DNA from: Cenarchaeum sp.
GTDB lineage: Archaea > Thermoproteota > Nitrososphaeria > Nitrososphaerales > Nitrosopumilaceae
DNA: 64,000 nt
Direction of reading: 5' to 3'
Assembly (NCBI GenBank): GCA_963692915.1
Contig: OY843584.1
Coordinates: forward strand, 1,088,001 to 1,152,000
Shown here: piece by piece, positions 35,052-44,167 of the stretch
Layout of the letters: every line of letters begins with the position of its first letter
Numbering within the stretch: the stretch's first letter is position 1
Notes under the pieces: model-generated
Seen by the model: the letters and a program-made list of their open reading frames with translations, nothing else
Databases searched by the model: none
Told to the model about the DNA's origin: nothing
Translations under genes and position numbers: made by a program

Positions 35052-36077
35052 CTATTTGGCGCGAACCATAAACCCTGGGAGGGAGCTTGCCGAGCCGCTG
35101 TAAGCTGTGGCGCAATAGCGCGCAACAGTCAGCTCGTCATCCCCACAGTGCACTGCAGTGGGGCCACTGATGAACAGTGGCCCGCCGCGCATGGATGTCA
35201 CATAGGCCACGTCATCAGGAATATTGTCACTTTGCAGAACCGTCAGTCCAGGGAAGCAAAAGACATTGCCATACGGCGAGTCTGCGGCATCGTCATGTTC
35301 TACTGTTATGGACCGACCCACAAACATCGTGTCGAGCCGGTATGGCAAGTCACTGCCAAGGCTCTTGACAAGGTCCAGTGCAAGACTTGGGGACATTGGG
35401 CGGTCGATATTTAGGGTCTGCGCGTGCTTGGGGAGCTTGGCAAGCCGTTCCCGGCAAAGTGAGTCCTCAAGGGACCAGATTTTTGGCATGATATCGTTGA
35501 GAAGGCCTGTAGGGTCGGGATTGTCAAGCAGGTGTTTGGCGACGGAGAATGTTCTAGGACGCATGCCAATTAATCTATCATGTAAAGGAAGGTGCATAAC
35601 TTCATGAGGATATGACGACAGTTGGAATGCCATATCGCTAAGAAAACGCATCTCAAAGTGGGTTGTGCGGAACCCATACGGCAGGTGAGCCTGTATCGCA
35701 TGTTCAAAAAAAGAGTCAATTTGTGGCGTGAGATCCTGTGACGGGTATGTGCACAGGCCATAATTATTTAATGAGTATTCTACATGATGATATTTCGGAT
35801 CGCCATAGTCAATATTATCAGAGACGCCAACATGGCATACAGCATCACGGTGATCAAATTCACTGCGCATGACGATAGCAGAGCTGCAAGGAGAAAGAGA
35901 GCAGCGTTGGGCATGGTCGAACACAGTTGAGCTGCTTGTCCCATGATGCAGTCCATGTATATGGGCTAGCGCTAGCGGCAACTCTTCGGGCACATACGCA
36001 TCAAGGCTCACACGCCAGGGCAACAGACGGAAACATATACGTGTTTGAGCAGAAATGGCACAAGTCCTGCAAGTCAT
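35052..36077 (-). CDS. Hypothetical protein, paralogue of 37413-38525; putative divergent HK97-fold (capsid/encapsulin-like)
   Basis: ORF open to 36188, start uncertain. Motifs FSVAKHLLD..IWSLEDSLC, YRLDTMFV and GLTVLQSDNIPDDVAYV. Confidence 0.7.
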   Translation of the reverse strand: MTCRTCAISAQTRICFRLLPWRVSLDAYVPEELPLALAHIHGLHHGTSSSTVFDHAQRCSLSPCSSAIVMRSEFDHRDAVCHVGVSDNIDYGDPKYHHVEYSLNNYGLCTYPSQDLTPQIDSFFEHAIQAHLPYGFRTTHFEMRFLSDMAFQLSSYPHEVMHLPLHDRLIGMRPRTFSVAKHLLDNPDPTGLLNDIMPKIWSLEDSLCRERLAKLPKHAQTLNIDRPMSPSLALDLVKSLGSDLPYRLDTMFVGRSITVEHDDAADSPYGNVFCFPGLTVLQSDNIPDDVAYVTSMRGGPLFISGPTAVHCGDDELTVARYCATAYSGSASSLPGFMVRAK

Positions 36078-36288
36078 GCGGCAAGGATCAGTGCGCGCGC
36101 ATCGCCCTGAGGAGATGGCATGGTGTGGGACTATTGTATAAACGGCCTTGGCCGATACCCGCACTCCTGAACAGTCTCCCCTAGGCACGCTCTTTGACCA
36201 GCATGTGACAAAAGGCTGTCAGTCATTTATGGCCAGGCACGGGATCGCGCACCCAAACCCCCAAATCGCCATCGGATCACATGGCGCA

Positions 36289-37317
36289 CTACCAGTGTCC
36301 AAGCCTATGCCCCTCCCTTAGCATCCAGGCAAGCCGCCCAGAGTTGACGCGCAGCTGGCCCACCCTGTATGGAATGTCAACGAGCACGCAAAACAGCACG
36401 TGGTCAGCATGGGACTCGTACATGTCAACCGTGATGTCGCGGCCGAGCCTGTCAGGATACCGGCCAGTGGAATTGTGCAAGAACAGCGGCATGTAATGTG
36501 GTGCGTGCGAGATCAAGATCTGAAATCCAAACTCCATGACCAGGCGGCGAAGAAACTTGCCATATGGAAAGTCCCCCCCCCCCCCCCCCCCAAGGCGTGA
36601 CCTTGCGCCATCAGAAAGGAATGCCTGACACTCGCGAAAATGGCGCGCAAAGAGGGCACGTTCGGCAAGATTCTCCGCAAGCGCCATATGGCCCGCACGG
36701 CATTTTGAGAGGGCGGCATAGTCCAGGGTTTTGTGGGAGAGCAGCGGGGCATCCAGGGTGCGGTTGGATATTTTAGGCAAGGCCATGCCAGTCCGTCCGG
36801 TGAGGGAGAGGAGTGAGGAGGTGTGCTTTTTTTGCTGCGAGTTGAGAATGGCAATGGCGTTTTCTTTTACCTGAAATCCCATATGGCTCTTCCATGTGCG
36901 AGACTTCCACGACGAGTCACCTAGCCAAACTTTCCAGGCATGGGCCATGAACTGGGCCGCGTTCTCATCACGGGCCGCATCTGGCCCTGGTGCGGCATTG
37001 ATATACGAGGCGAGCAGGTCACCAGACGGCACGGAGGGCAGCCCTATTCCGGCAATGTGGTCGGCATATAGCCGGTATATGTGGGGATAGAACTGGTGTC
37101 CAAGTGAGCCCAGGATGGACGTGCCGATGTCCCGGTCAACCTCCTCGCAAAGCCTGAGAACAACGGCCTTTAGCTGCTTTTCAATGGACTGCTGGCCAAG
37201 ATACATGGCAGACCCCAGGGCGTATCCGGACCGGCAAAACCTTGCGATGAGCTGGGACTGGATCAGCTCAGAGGCGGCCTGCTGCTCAAAATGCCCCGAC
37301 ATTTGGCGCATGGGCAA
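36289..37317 (-). CDS. HEPN-domain protein with a large insertion and an in-frame poly-G tract
   Basis: AMYLGQQSIEKQLKAVV matches the HEPN A.F..QQa.EK.LKA.l signature, followed by LGH and a C-terminal GRYP. G19 encodes Gly6. Confidence 0.75.
   Translation of the reverse strand: MPMRQMSGHFEQQAASELIQSQLIARFCRSGYALGSAMYLGQQSIEKQLKAVVLRLCEEVDRDIGTSILGSLGHQFYPHIYRLYADHIAGIGLPSVPSGDLLASYINAAPGPDAARDENAAQFMAHAWKVWLGDSSWKSRTWKSHMGFQVKENAIAILNSQQKKHTSSLLSLTGRTGMALPKISNRTLDAPLLSHKTLDYAALSKCRAGHMALAENLAERALFARHFRECQAFLSDGARSRLGGGGGGDFPYGKFLRRLVMEFGFQILISHAPHYMPLFLHNSTGRYPDRLGRDITVDMYESHADHVLFCVLVDIPYRVGQLRVNSGRLAWMLREGHRLGHW
36573..36591. repeat. C19 homopolymer (G19 on the coding strand) inside the HEPN gene
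   Basis: Direct count; reads CTT (GGG)6 GAC. Confidence 0.95.
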
Positions 37318-37412
37318 TCACGTGACATGTCCCGTGCCATCCATTGTCAGTAGGGTCATGCGCGCGCACGGGCAGCCGTGCCGCAGGCGAACAGGGACAG
37401 ATCCGTGCGCAG

Positions 37413-38525
37413 TCATCTAGTGCCCCCCTCGGACTGTTTCTTGCTTTTTCTCCACTCCATTGTAGAGTTGAACTTTACTCCCCACGGAACGCCTTGCGCG
37501 CCAGTGGTCGGTGGAAAGGCCAGATCACAATAGCGCTCAACTTTGATCTCAGAGTCCGTGCTGCGCAGTATTGACGGGCCATGGACAAACACCGGACCCT
37601 GCGCAGACGACGTGGCAAACGAAGAGTCAGGGGGCATCGAGGATGAGTGCAGGAACGTAATGCCGTTCAGGCGAACCATGTTTCTATAGTCTGGATATCC
37701 CTCAGACCAGTCAAGTGTTCTCGGATCACGGCCAAAGAGCAAGAGATACAGGCCATAGTCCACAAATACCGTGTCAAGGCGCATGTCGTCCGGACGCGAG
37801 CGGTTTAGCCTGCCGACAAAGTCCTCGAGATCGGCGAGTGTAGAGTCCCAGTGGCACGCAAACGTCTCTTCGCCGTCTAGTGCCATCAGCTGCTCAAGGC
37901 ACATGGCATCCTCACGCCACCATATGCTGTCAGCCATGTTATAGTAAAAGTCATTGGCGCCAGGACGCATAAAGTCAGGCCTCTTGATTTTAAGCGCAAA
38001 GTGCGGCATGTCTGCCATGCCCGTGCGCCCGTGATCGCACACGGCCTTTCCGTTGGCAGGAGACGGAACCTGGGATTCTGCACATTCCTGCCTGGCAAGA
38101 CGTGTCCGTTGCACCCTAAATCCGGCGGCAAGGGGCGCAGACGGCGCATTGCCGTCCGGATCCATAACGCGCGCATCGGAGAGCTGCGGCACGTCGGGGG
38201 ACCCGATGAGGCGCCGGTCAAGCTGGAGCATTGCCTGGCCCCGGGAGCCGGCCTGGCGGACAGACGCTGCCCTAGAGTACGTGATCCTGCCGTGCGCGCT
38301 GACCTCAACTGTAGAGCCGGGCTCAAGCGCGCAGCACGGCACGCTATCGACTAGGAATCTCCCCGAGTTGGGGCCTTGCGGGCATGTTGGGGGGACCGCA
38401 TCGGAGAACTGCGCCTCGCGATGGCAGTCACAGTGCCCAAGGAATAGATCGACTGCCCTGCTCAGCGAGGTCTGATCCGCATAGGAATAGTGGTCTGCAG
38501 GCCCGGCGCGCCCGTCGTTTGTCAT
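37413..38525 (-). CDS. Hypothetical protein, paralogue of 35052-36077; putative divergent HK97-fold
   Basis: 370 aa with TATA (TTATTATAA) about 25 nt upstream. Motifs SIWWREDAMCL, LADLEDFVGRL..RLDTVFVDYGLY and LNGITFLHSSSMPPD. Confidence 0.75.
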   Translation of the reverse strand: MTNDGRAGPADHYSYADQTSLSRAVDLFLGHCDCHREAQFSDAVPPTCPQGPNSGRFLVDSVPCCALEPGSTVEVSAHGRITYSRAASVRQAGSRGQAMLQLDRRLIGSPDVPQLSDARVMDPDGNAPSAPLAAGFRVQRTRLARQECAESQVPSPANGKAVCDHGRTGMADMPHFALKIKRPDFMRPGANDFYYNMADSIWWREDAMCLEQLMALDGEETFACHWDSTLADLEDFVGRLNRSRPDDMRLDTVFVDYGLYLLLFGRDPRTLDWSEGYPDYRNMVRLNGITFLHSSSMPPDSSFATSSAQGPVFVHGPSILRSTDSEIKVERYCDLAFPPTTGAQGVPWGVKFNSTMEWRKSKKQSEGGTR

Positions 38526-38627
38526 GCAGATGATTAATGGGCGGCATTATAATAATGTGATGGTGTGTGCTAGGCATGAGGGCCGCACCCCTGCCCATTT
38601 GGTCAGATAGGCGCGCTGACCTCATAC

Positions 38628-38790
38628 GAAAATGGCGTGATCAGGCCATGATCGCGCCCCCCCCCCCCCCCCAATTTTGGGGGGGTGAATGCAGAGCCGC
38701 AAGACGCCAAACTGCCAAAGTCGGCCCAGGGCTGGGCATCGGGCCGGCGCAGGCCGGCAGAGGAGTCCCGTGTCGCACTTTGCGCAGGGC
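38628..38790. repeat. ~165-bp element, copy 2: palindrome plus C16 tract
   Basis: gcgtgatca-ggcca-tgatcgcgc, C16 (38657-38672), aatttt G7; direct repeat of 34821-34991. Confidence 0.92.
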
Positions 38791-39349
38791 AGCGACGTGC
38801 AAGAACTAGTCGCAGCAGCAGATCGTGCAAACGGTTCGCGCAGCATCGTTTTCGCGCGCACAAGTTGTGCGGCCGCGCCGCGTGGCAGAGAGATGCGGCA
38901 TGAAAGACGCGGGTGGGGCGTGTCGGCCATGCCGCACTGCCATGTCATGCGGCCTGTCTATAGTCTGGCAAGAGATGGCGCGTGGGTGGGGCGTGTCGGC
39001 AAGCCACGGCGTGCGGTGAGCATGGCACTGTGTCGCAGTGGGTTTTGGTGGCTCGAATCGCTCGCGTCACGCGTGCAGGCGCAATCCTGTGTCATGAACA
39101 TGGCGCGCAAAGAACTGTGCAGCACAAAGCCTGCACACAGTTCTATCGGCACAAGGTGGCACAAGATCGGCGATCACACAGGGCGTTCCAGAGAACGCGT
39201 GTCCTGATCAGGGATCGTCTGGAGCCATGCGCGCAAGCCAGGCGACTGACATTGTGGGCGTGTGTGCAGCCGATCAGGAGAACAGGGCATTGCGCGAGAT
39301 GGCCACATCACGCAACGGCCAGAGATGGGCGAGCCGGCACGGTGGCGCC

Positions 39350-39520
39350 ACTATGGCATCGCATACGCGCAGAACAGCGTGCGGTTCATCTTTACGTTGA
39401 CAATGTTTCTGTGCACTATGGGGACGTTGTGGTATGTGGCGGCCTTGCTGCTGCAGATCACCAGTGTGGAGAAATACATGTCTTGCGCATTCTGCCAGGG
39501 ATATCGTGTATGTCACCGGC
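39350..39520 (-). pseudogene. Frameshifted duplicate of the C-terminal part of the adjacent PDT-like gene
   Basis: Translates as FSTLVICSSKAATYHNVPIVHRNIVNVKMNRTLF vs FSAVICNREAAEHYGIPIVRRNIANVKKNQTEF; the upstream AECARH segment lies in a different frame. Confidence 0.75.
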
Positions 39521-39573
39521 CAGTGAACTCAAGCCCGCAAAGGCACACGTCAGTGATATACGAGAAGGAAATT

Positions 39574-40206
39574 CTAGTCTCGGATATATGTGGTAAAGTC
39601 GCGCGTGTCATCACGGCGCTGATAGACGTGGAACTCGGTCTGGTTTTTCTTTACGTTTGCAATGTTGCGGCGCACTATGGGGATGCCATAGTGCTCTGCG
39701 GCCTCCCTGTTGCAGATCACAGCAGAGAAGGGAAGGCGGTGTTTACTCACATATTCCGCAGCAGCCGCCGTGTCTGTTATCTTTATGGATCCTGGAAGTA
39801 ACGGCATTCGGAGCATCTTGTGGCTCTCGAGAAACCTGCTGCACTGGTCGAGTGGCTCAGACTTTGAATAGACTCCGTGAATGTCATCTAGCTTTCCATA
39901 TGAGGCCAGCACGTGAGCCACGGTGAATGCGAGTGTGTGGATGTTTTGTAGGTTCAGCCTCTTTGCTATCTCAATAACAGGTGTGGCCTTGTCGCTCCCA
40001 CAGATCAGCCCGTTCACGGTGTTTCTGACTGGAACCACGGCAACATCAGCCCTTGCGCGATGCACTGTTTGAAGGCATTTGTCAAACGTGGGAAATGTCA
40101 GCACGTGCCCAGAGTCACCAAACATTTTGCGTGTCGCAAGGTCGCTATAGCTCATCTTTTGGCCGATTCGCGCGATCACGATCTGCACAGGCGATCTGTT
40201 TTTCAT
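39574..40206 (-). CDS. Prephenate dehydratase catalytic-domain-like protein, no ACT domain, altered motifs
   Basis: SYSDLA, AVVPVRNTVNG, QCSRFL, TAAAAEYV, AAEHYG and NQTEF follow the PheA/PDT pattern. TATA CTTATAAAG about 22 nt upstream. Confidence 0.8.
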   Translation of the reverse strand: MKNRSPVQIVIARIGQKMSYSDLATRKMFGDSGHVLTFPTFDKCLQTVHRARADVAVVPVRNTVNGLICGSDKATPVIEIAKRLNLQNIHTLAFTVAHVLASYGKLDDIHGVYSKSEPLDQCSRFLESHKMLRMPLLPGSIKITDTAAAAEYVSKHRLPFSAVICNREAAEHYGIPIVRRNIANVKKNQTEFHVYQRRDDTRDFTTYIRD

Positions 40207-40383
40207 CGCATTGGCATAATGCCTGATCTTTATAAGAGCTTAACAGGCCTCGCCAAACCCCCAGAGGCAGCGTCTCGGGCGCATCCCTGCCCTGATCATC
40301 GAGCACAAGTCCTTAGAACGGCCAGTCAGGACGCATGACCCACAATGCGCGCACATGCCACATGCTGCAAGCCTTGTGCACGC

Positions 40384-40731
40384 TCAATAGTCCTGTGGAG
40401 GGTTGATAGTGTCCTTTATGCTCACAAAAGCCTGCATCTTTATTGCCATGTCTCGCACGTTGGGGTCACAGAGCGTCTCATAGACCAGGGCGTCCATTAG
40501 CTCCTTTGATGGCTTTTCACCCATGGAGGAGACGAGGCCGGCGAGGTAGCCCTGCACGTAGCAGAGAGTCTCGGCCAGGCCGTTGCGCTCGTTGATCACC
40601 GGAAACATTGGGCAGGCCTCGGGGTTGGCCAGTATCCTTTTCGCATATTTCTTTGTCTCGACTACGGCGACATCGAGGGAGAGGCCATTGTCTGACTCTT
40701 GCAGATTGCGGGTGGTCGTCCTGCGCTTCAT
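40384..40731 (-). CDS. Orphan family protein B1 (115 aa)
   Basis: MKRRTTTRNLQ...CPMFP...ETLCYVQGYLAG...PPQDY; own TATA (TTAATAA); three paralogues in the window. Confidence 0.85.
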   Translation of the reverse strand: MKRRTTTRNLQESDNGLSLDVAVVETKKYAKRILANPEACPMFPVINERNGLAETLCYVQGYLAGLVSSMGEKPSKELMDALVYETLCDPNVRDMAIKMQAFVSIKDTINPPQDY

Positions 40732-41021
40732 GTGGCGCCCCTCAAAGGGGGGCACATTATTAATCATTCGTGCCATCCACCGCACAGGCGCAGCGCAGCG
40801 CCCGCTAGCCGGCAGTCGCGATCCGGCCGACGGGTCTAGCCACAGCGACGCCACTAGGCAAGAGGCGGGGCACGCTGGAGGCACAAAGTCCGTTGACCCC
40901 ACAGGATCCCGCGTCATGGCAGGACAGAGGGCTCTGGAGCCCAGGCTGCTCAACACGGACATCACGAGAACGGCGTAACCCCCGATCGTGCGCGCAGATG
41001 ATATGGCCACGTGGGGCACGC

Positions 41022-41363
41022 TCAATAGTCCTGAGCGGGATGGATGACGTCTTCCAGGGATGGCGCCATCTTTACGACAATGTCGCGCACGTTGTCATCA
41101 GACAGCGCGTCATGGACCAGGGCATCCATCACTTTCCTTGACGGAATGGCCCCTGTAAAGCCCACGATTCCGGCAAGGTACCCTTGCATATAGCAGAGCG
41201 TCTCTAATGGCCCGTTGTGCTCGGTGACAAGCGGAAACATTGGGCAGGCCTTTGGGTCGTCCACTATGCGCGCCGCGTATCTCTTTGTCGCCTCGACGGC
41301 GACGTCGAGGGCGAGTGGGTTGGGCTTTTCTGCCTTCTCTTTTGTGGCCGACTGCAGGCTCAT
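41022..41363 (-). CDS. Orphan family protein A1 (113 aa)
   Basis: MSLQSATKEK...CPMFP...ETLCYMQGYLAG...PAQDY; TATA TTTAATAT upstream. Confidence 0.85.
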   Translation of the reverse strand: MSLQSATKEKAEKPNPLALDVAVEATKRYAARIVDDPKACPMFPLVTEHNGPLETLCYMQGYLAGIVGFTGAIPSRKVMDALVHDALSDDNVRDIVVKMAPSLEDVIHPAQDY

Positions 41364-41969
41364 GCTGCGTCCGACAGGTGTGCGCCATATTAAATATTCT
41401 AATGATCGTGGATTTTGGGGCTCAAGCACGGGCTAGCTCTGATTCCTGCTAGACTCTACATAGAGCATGCAACGGCGCCCCATGACGCTGGAGCTAGCGC
41501 TGCGGCTCAATCACCACTGCGCCAAAGTTATAGTTCAATTTCGTGCCAGAGCCATCATCTGTTAGTATCTCCACCAGTCTGCCCAAGAATGCCTTGCCCG
41601 TCACGGGGTCTGACATCTCTTCAGCAGACATTGCGCGCACCCGCGCCACGGATTGGCATAGATCTGTGGGGGATCTTGGGGTTCAAGCCAGCAAAGACTT
41701 ATCAAAGCGCATGAGTACGGATCGGGGTGAAAATTCGGATCAAGGGTGCGAGGCAGAGGGTAGATCTCAAGAGTGTCACAGGCCACGAGTCCAGCGCGTA
41801 CAGGCAGGCCAGCGCAGGCATGCACAGATCAATGATTGTGCCGATCCGAAACGAGTGCCTTGTAGGGGGCGGAACGGATGCGCCACATGCGTCAGAACCA
41901 CAATTGGCCGCCACGAGGCAAGAGGGCGCAGGCGCGCACGTGAACCATACGGGCACCGAGATTGAGCGC

Positions 41970-42446
41970 ATGGAGCGCATCGGAACCCTGTTCAGGTTTT
42001 TCAACTATCTGCATATGAAAGGTGTTCTGGCCGACGGTGACACGCTCGACAAACCAGAGGTGCAGCACAAGCTGCAAAGGTGCGCCTATATCGCAAAAAA
42101 GCTGGGGACAGACATGGGATACGAGTTTGGCTTTTTGGACAGTGGGGCGTTCTCAACGGACATTGCAATAGACATCTATGATCGCGGATGTGGAGAGGGG
42201 GGCACAGAGCCATTTGTGCGCGATCCCGATGCCTCGCGGATGTTTGTTCATATGGTGCAGGGACGCAATGTGGAATGGTTGGATGTTGCGACGTTTGCCC
42301 TTCGCGAGAACCATGGAAATGAGACACTAGACGAGTTCGTCAAGCGCATGAAGCGCGAAAATATCGAATATGGCAAAAAGCTGGTTATGGACGTGTTTGG
42401 CCATGTTCGCGCATGCATGAATGGGGAGGTCACGGGGCAGGCATGA
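41970..42446 (+). CDS. YwgA/Panacea(SocA)-like helical protein
   Basis: HKLQRCAYIAKKLG..MGYEF..LDSGAFSTDIA resembles KLQKLvYi....Y.F.....GPyS.dl. ORF is open from 41727, start uncertain. Confidence 0.55.
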   Translation: MERIGTLFRFFNYLHMKGVLADGDTLDKPEVQHKLQRCAYIAKKLGTDMGYEFGFLDSGAFSTDIAIDIYDRGCGEGGTEPFVRDPDASRMFVHMVQGRNVEWLDVATFALRENHGNETLDEFVKRMKRENIEYGKKLVMDVFGHVRACMNGEVTGQA

Positions 42447-42967
42447 GCTCGACTCCGCGGTGGCTAGGCTGGTTAGGTACCCTAGCAGGAATCGTCTCCA
42501 TAATGATGCTCGTTCCGGACATCAGGGAGCATGCCATGATCGTGCTGGGAATCTTTTCTGCAACATTGGCAGTAAACGTGATATGGGTGGCCGTAAAATC
42601 TGAAAAAGCGCAAAGGATGGAGGATTACAGCATGATCATGGACGTGCAGTTTGTGGCAAGGCAGTGCGAGCACGCTTTAGAGATGTTGAGCAGAACTGCA
42701 GGAACGCATGATGGGAGCACACATCGTGCGCTTGACCAGCTTGCCACAAGAATTAGCCTTTGTATTACTAGGTATAGACGCTATCTCAACCCCGCAACTA
42801 TAGAATCCCTAAAGGGCGTCGAGATGGTCATCATGGAGGCCCAGATCAACAGGGACACACGGATGACACTTACCATCTTTCCCATCAAAAAGACCATCAT
42901 GGGAATAAAGTACGGCATACGCGAGATCGATGACGCTGACCTCCAAGCCGCACGTCGCAGGATATAG
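42443..42967 (+). CDS. Hypothetical protein with two N-terminal transmembrane helices
   Basis: ATGA overlap with the upstream gene; hydrophobic WLGWLGTLAGIVSIMMLV and AMIVLGIFSATLAVNVIWVAV. Confidence 0.7.
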   Translation: MSSTPRWLGWLGTLAGIVSIMMLVPDIREHAMIVLGIFSATLAVNVIWVAVKSEKAQRMEDYSMIMDVQFVARQCEHALEMLSRTAGTHDGSTHRALDQLATRISLCITRYRRYLNPATIESLKGVEMVIMEAQINRDTRMTLTIFPIKKTIMGIKYGIREIDDADLQAARRRI

Positions 42968-43012
42968 GCCAGCTTTGGCATGTCACATGTAACATACGCT
43001 GACTGTAGTGCG

Positions 43013-44167
43013 TCACTTTGAAATGGGCGGGACTTTTAGTGTCGGAGCCATGGCAGCCGCAAGATCCAGCTCTTCGAGAGCCTCGTCGTAGCGTCCAAGC
43101 GATCGTAGCGCGTAGCCGCGGCAGATGTGCGTGCAGGCGTTGTCCGAATCCAGCGCTAGCGCGCGATCAAGATCCTTGAGCGCCGCGGCGTAATGTCCAA
43201 GTTCAAGGAGCGCATGACCGTGGCCAAGATGCGCATCGGCGCTGTCGGGATCCAGCTCGAGCGCATGATTCAACGCAAGACGAGCCTCATCGTAGCGACC
43301 GAGTCCTAGGAGCGCATGACCCCTCCCAATATACGCGTCGACGCTGTTCGGATCAAGCCCTATCGCAGAGTCCATCGCGATGAGAGCCTCACCGTAGCGA
43401 CCGAGCGAGTGGAGCGCCCTGCCGCGACAAATGTGCGCATCAGAGTTGTCAGGCCTGATGTGAATTGCGCGATCAAAGGCAGCAAGGGCGTCAATGACGC
43501 GATCAAGCTGGAGCAGTGTGTCACCCCTGCCGATGTGGGCCACAATATTGCCAGAATCAAGCTCGAGGGCACGGTCTAGTTCCACGAGGGCGTCTTCATG
43601 CCATCCAATACTGGCAAGTATGGCGCCTTTTTTAACGCACACGTCAATATTCTTGTGATCAATGCTTTTGATACGATCGAGTTCTTTTAATGCCTCATGA
43701 AATCTGCCATGAGCGGCAAAAATCAAACTTTTGTTTGTCGGCTCTATGGAGAACACAGGATCAATCCTATCAACACATTCAAAAACTGCGAATGGGCGCG
43801 AGTCGTCAGCAGGAGTGGACAATGTGGGTTCGGAACCTAGGTGTGGTCTGTCCCCGGAAAAACGCGCGCGAAATGTGATATGACGCATGGACGTCAGGCT
43901 ATCGAGGGAATCAGCGACATCTTTCTGGTTTTGCAAACCCGGCAATTGTTTTTGATATTTGAGGCGCACCCCCCTGCCATATGCGCTTATGGCATCATCG
44001 TAGCGTCCATTCATATACAGATCTTCTCCACGGCTCATGCAGAGCTGGGAATCCTGTCGGGTGTTTGAATCCATGCCGTTTCCATCCTCAGGGCAAGTGG
44101 AGACTACTTTTAACCGTTTATTGGGCGTGTCGTTTGCCTCACGCCTGTATCGCCACAATATCCCCAA
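43013..44167 (-). CDS. Tetratricopeptide repeat protein
   Basis: About 7 consecutive 34-aa repeats (AHI.RG.AL..LGRY.EAL...D.AL.LDP) plus one N-terminal TPR; start uncertain. Confidence 0.9.
   Translation of the reverse strand: MGILWRYRREANDTPNKRLKVVSTCPEDGNGMDSNTRQDSQLCMSRGEDLYMNGRYDDAISAYGRGVRLKYQKQLPGLQNQKDVADSLDSLTSMRHITFRARFSGDRPHLGSEPTLSTPADDSRPFAVFECVDRIDPVFSIEPTNKSLIFAAHGRFHEALKELDRIKSIDHKNIDVCVKKGAILASIGWHEDALVELDRALELDSGNIVAHIGRGDTLLQLDRVIDALAAFDRAIHIRPDNSDAHICRGRALHSLGRYGEALIAMDSAIGLDPNSVDAYIGRGHALLGLGRYDEARLALNHALELDPDSADAHLGHGHALLELGHYAAALKDLDRALALDSDNACTHICRGYALRSLGRYDEALEELDLAAAMAPTLKVPPISK

Noticed and set aside
34841-35125. ORFs with poly-Pro or poly-Gly across the poly-C elements (also 38567-38948)
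   Set aside because: Frames differ between the two copies and the products are low-complexity artefacts
35052-38525. Intact provirus
   Set aside because: No terminase, portal, protease, tail or integrase gene is recognisable near the capsid-like ORFs
38800-39350. Overlapping 170-200 aa ORFs
   Set aside because: No motifs or clear promoter, and atypical composition; probably non-coding or decayed
19126-39770. Diversity-generating retroelement template/variable repeat pairs
   Set aside because: No reverse transcriptase in the window, and differences between repeat copies do not look adenine-specific
40732-41025. N-terminal extension making a 213-aa ORF, and the 94-aa ORF at 45149-45433
   Set aside because: Paralogue B2 starts at MKRK, a TATA box precedes both B genes, and the extension is not fused to B in the second copy
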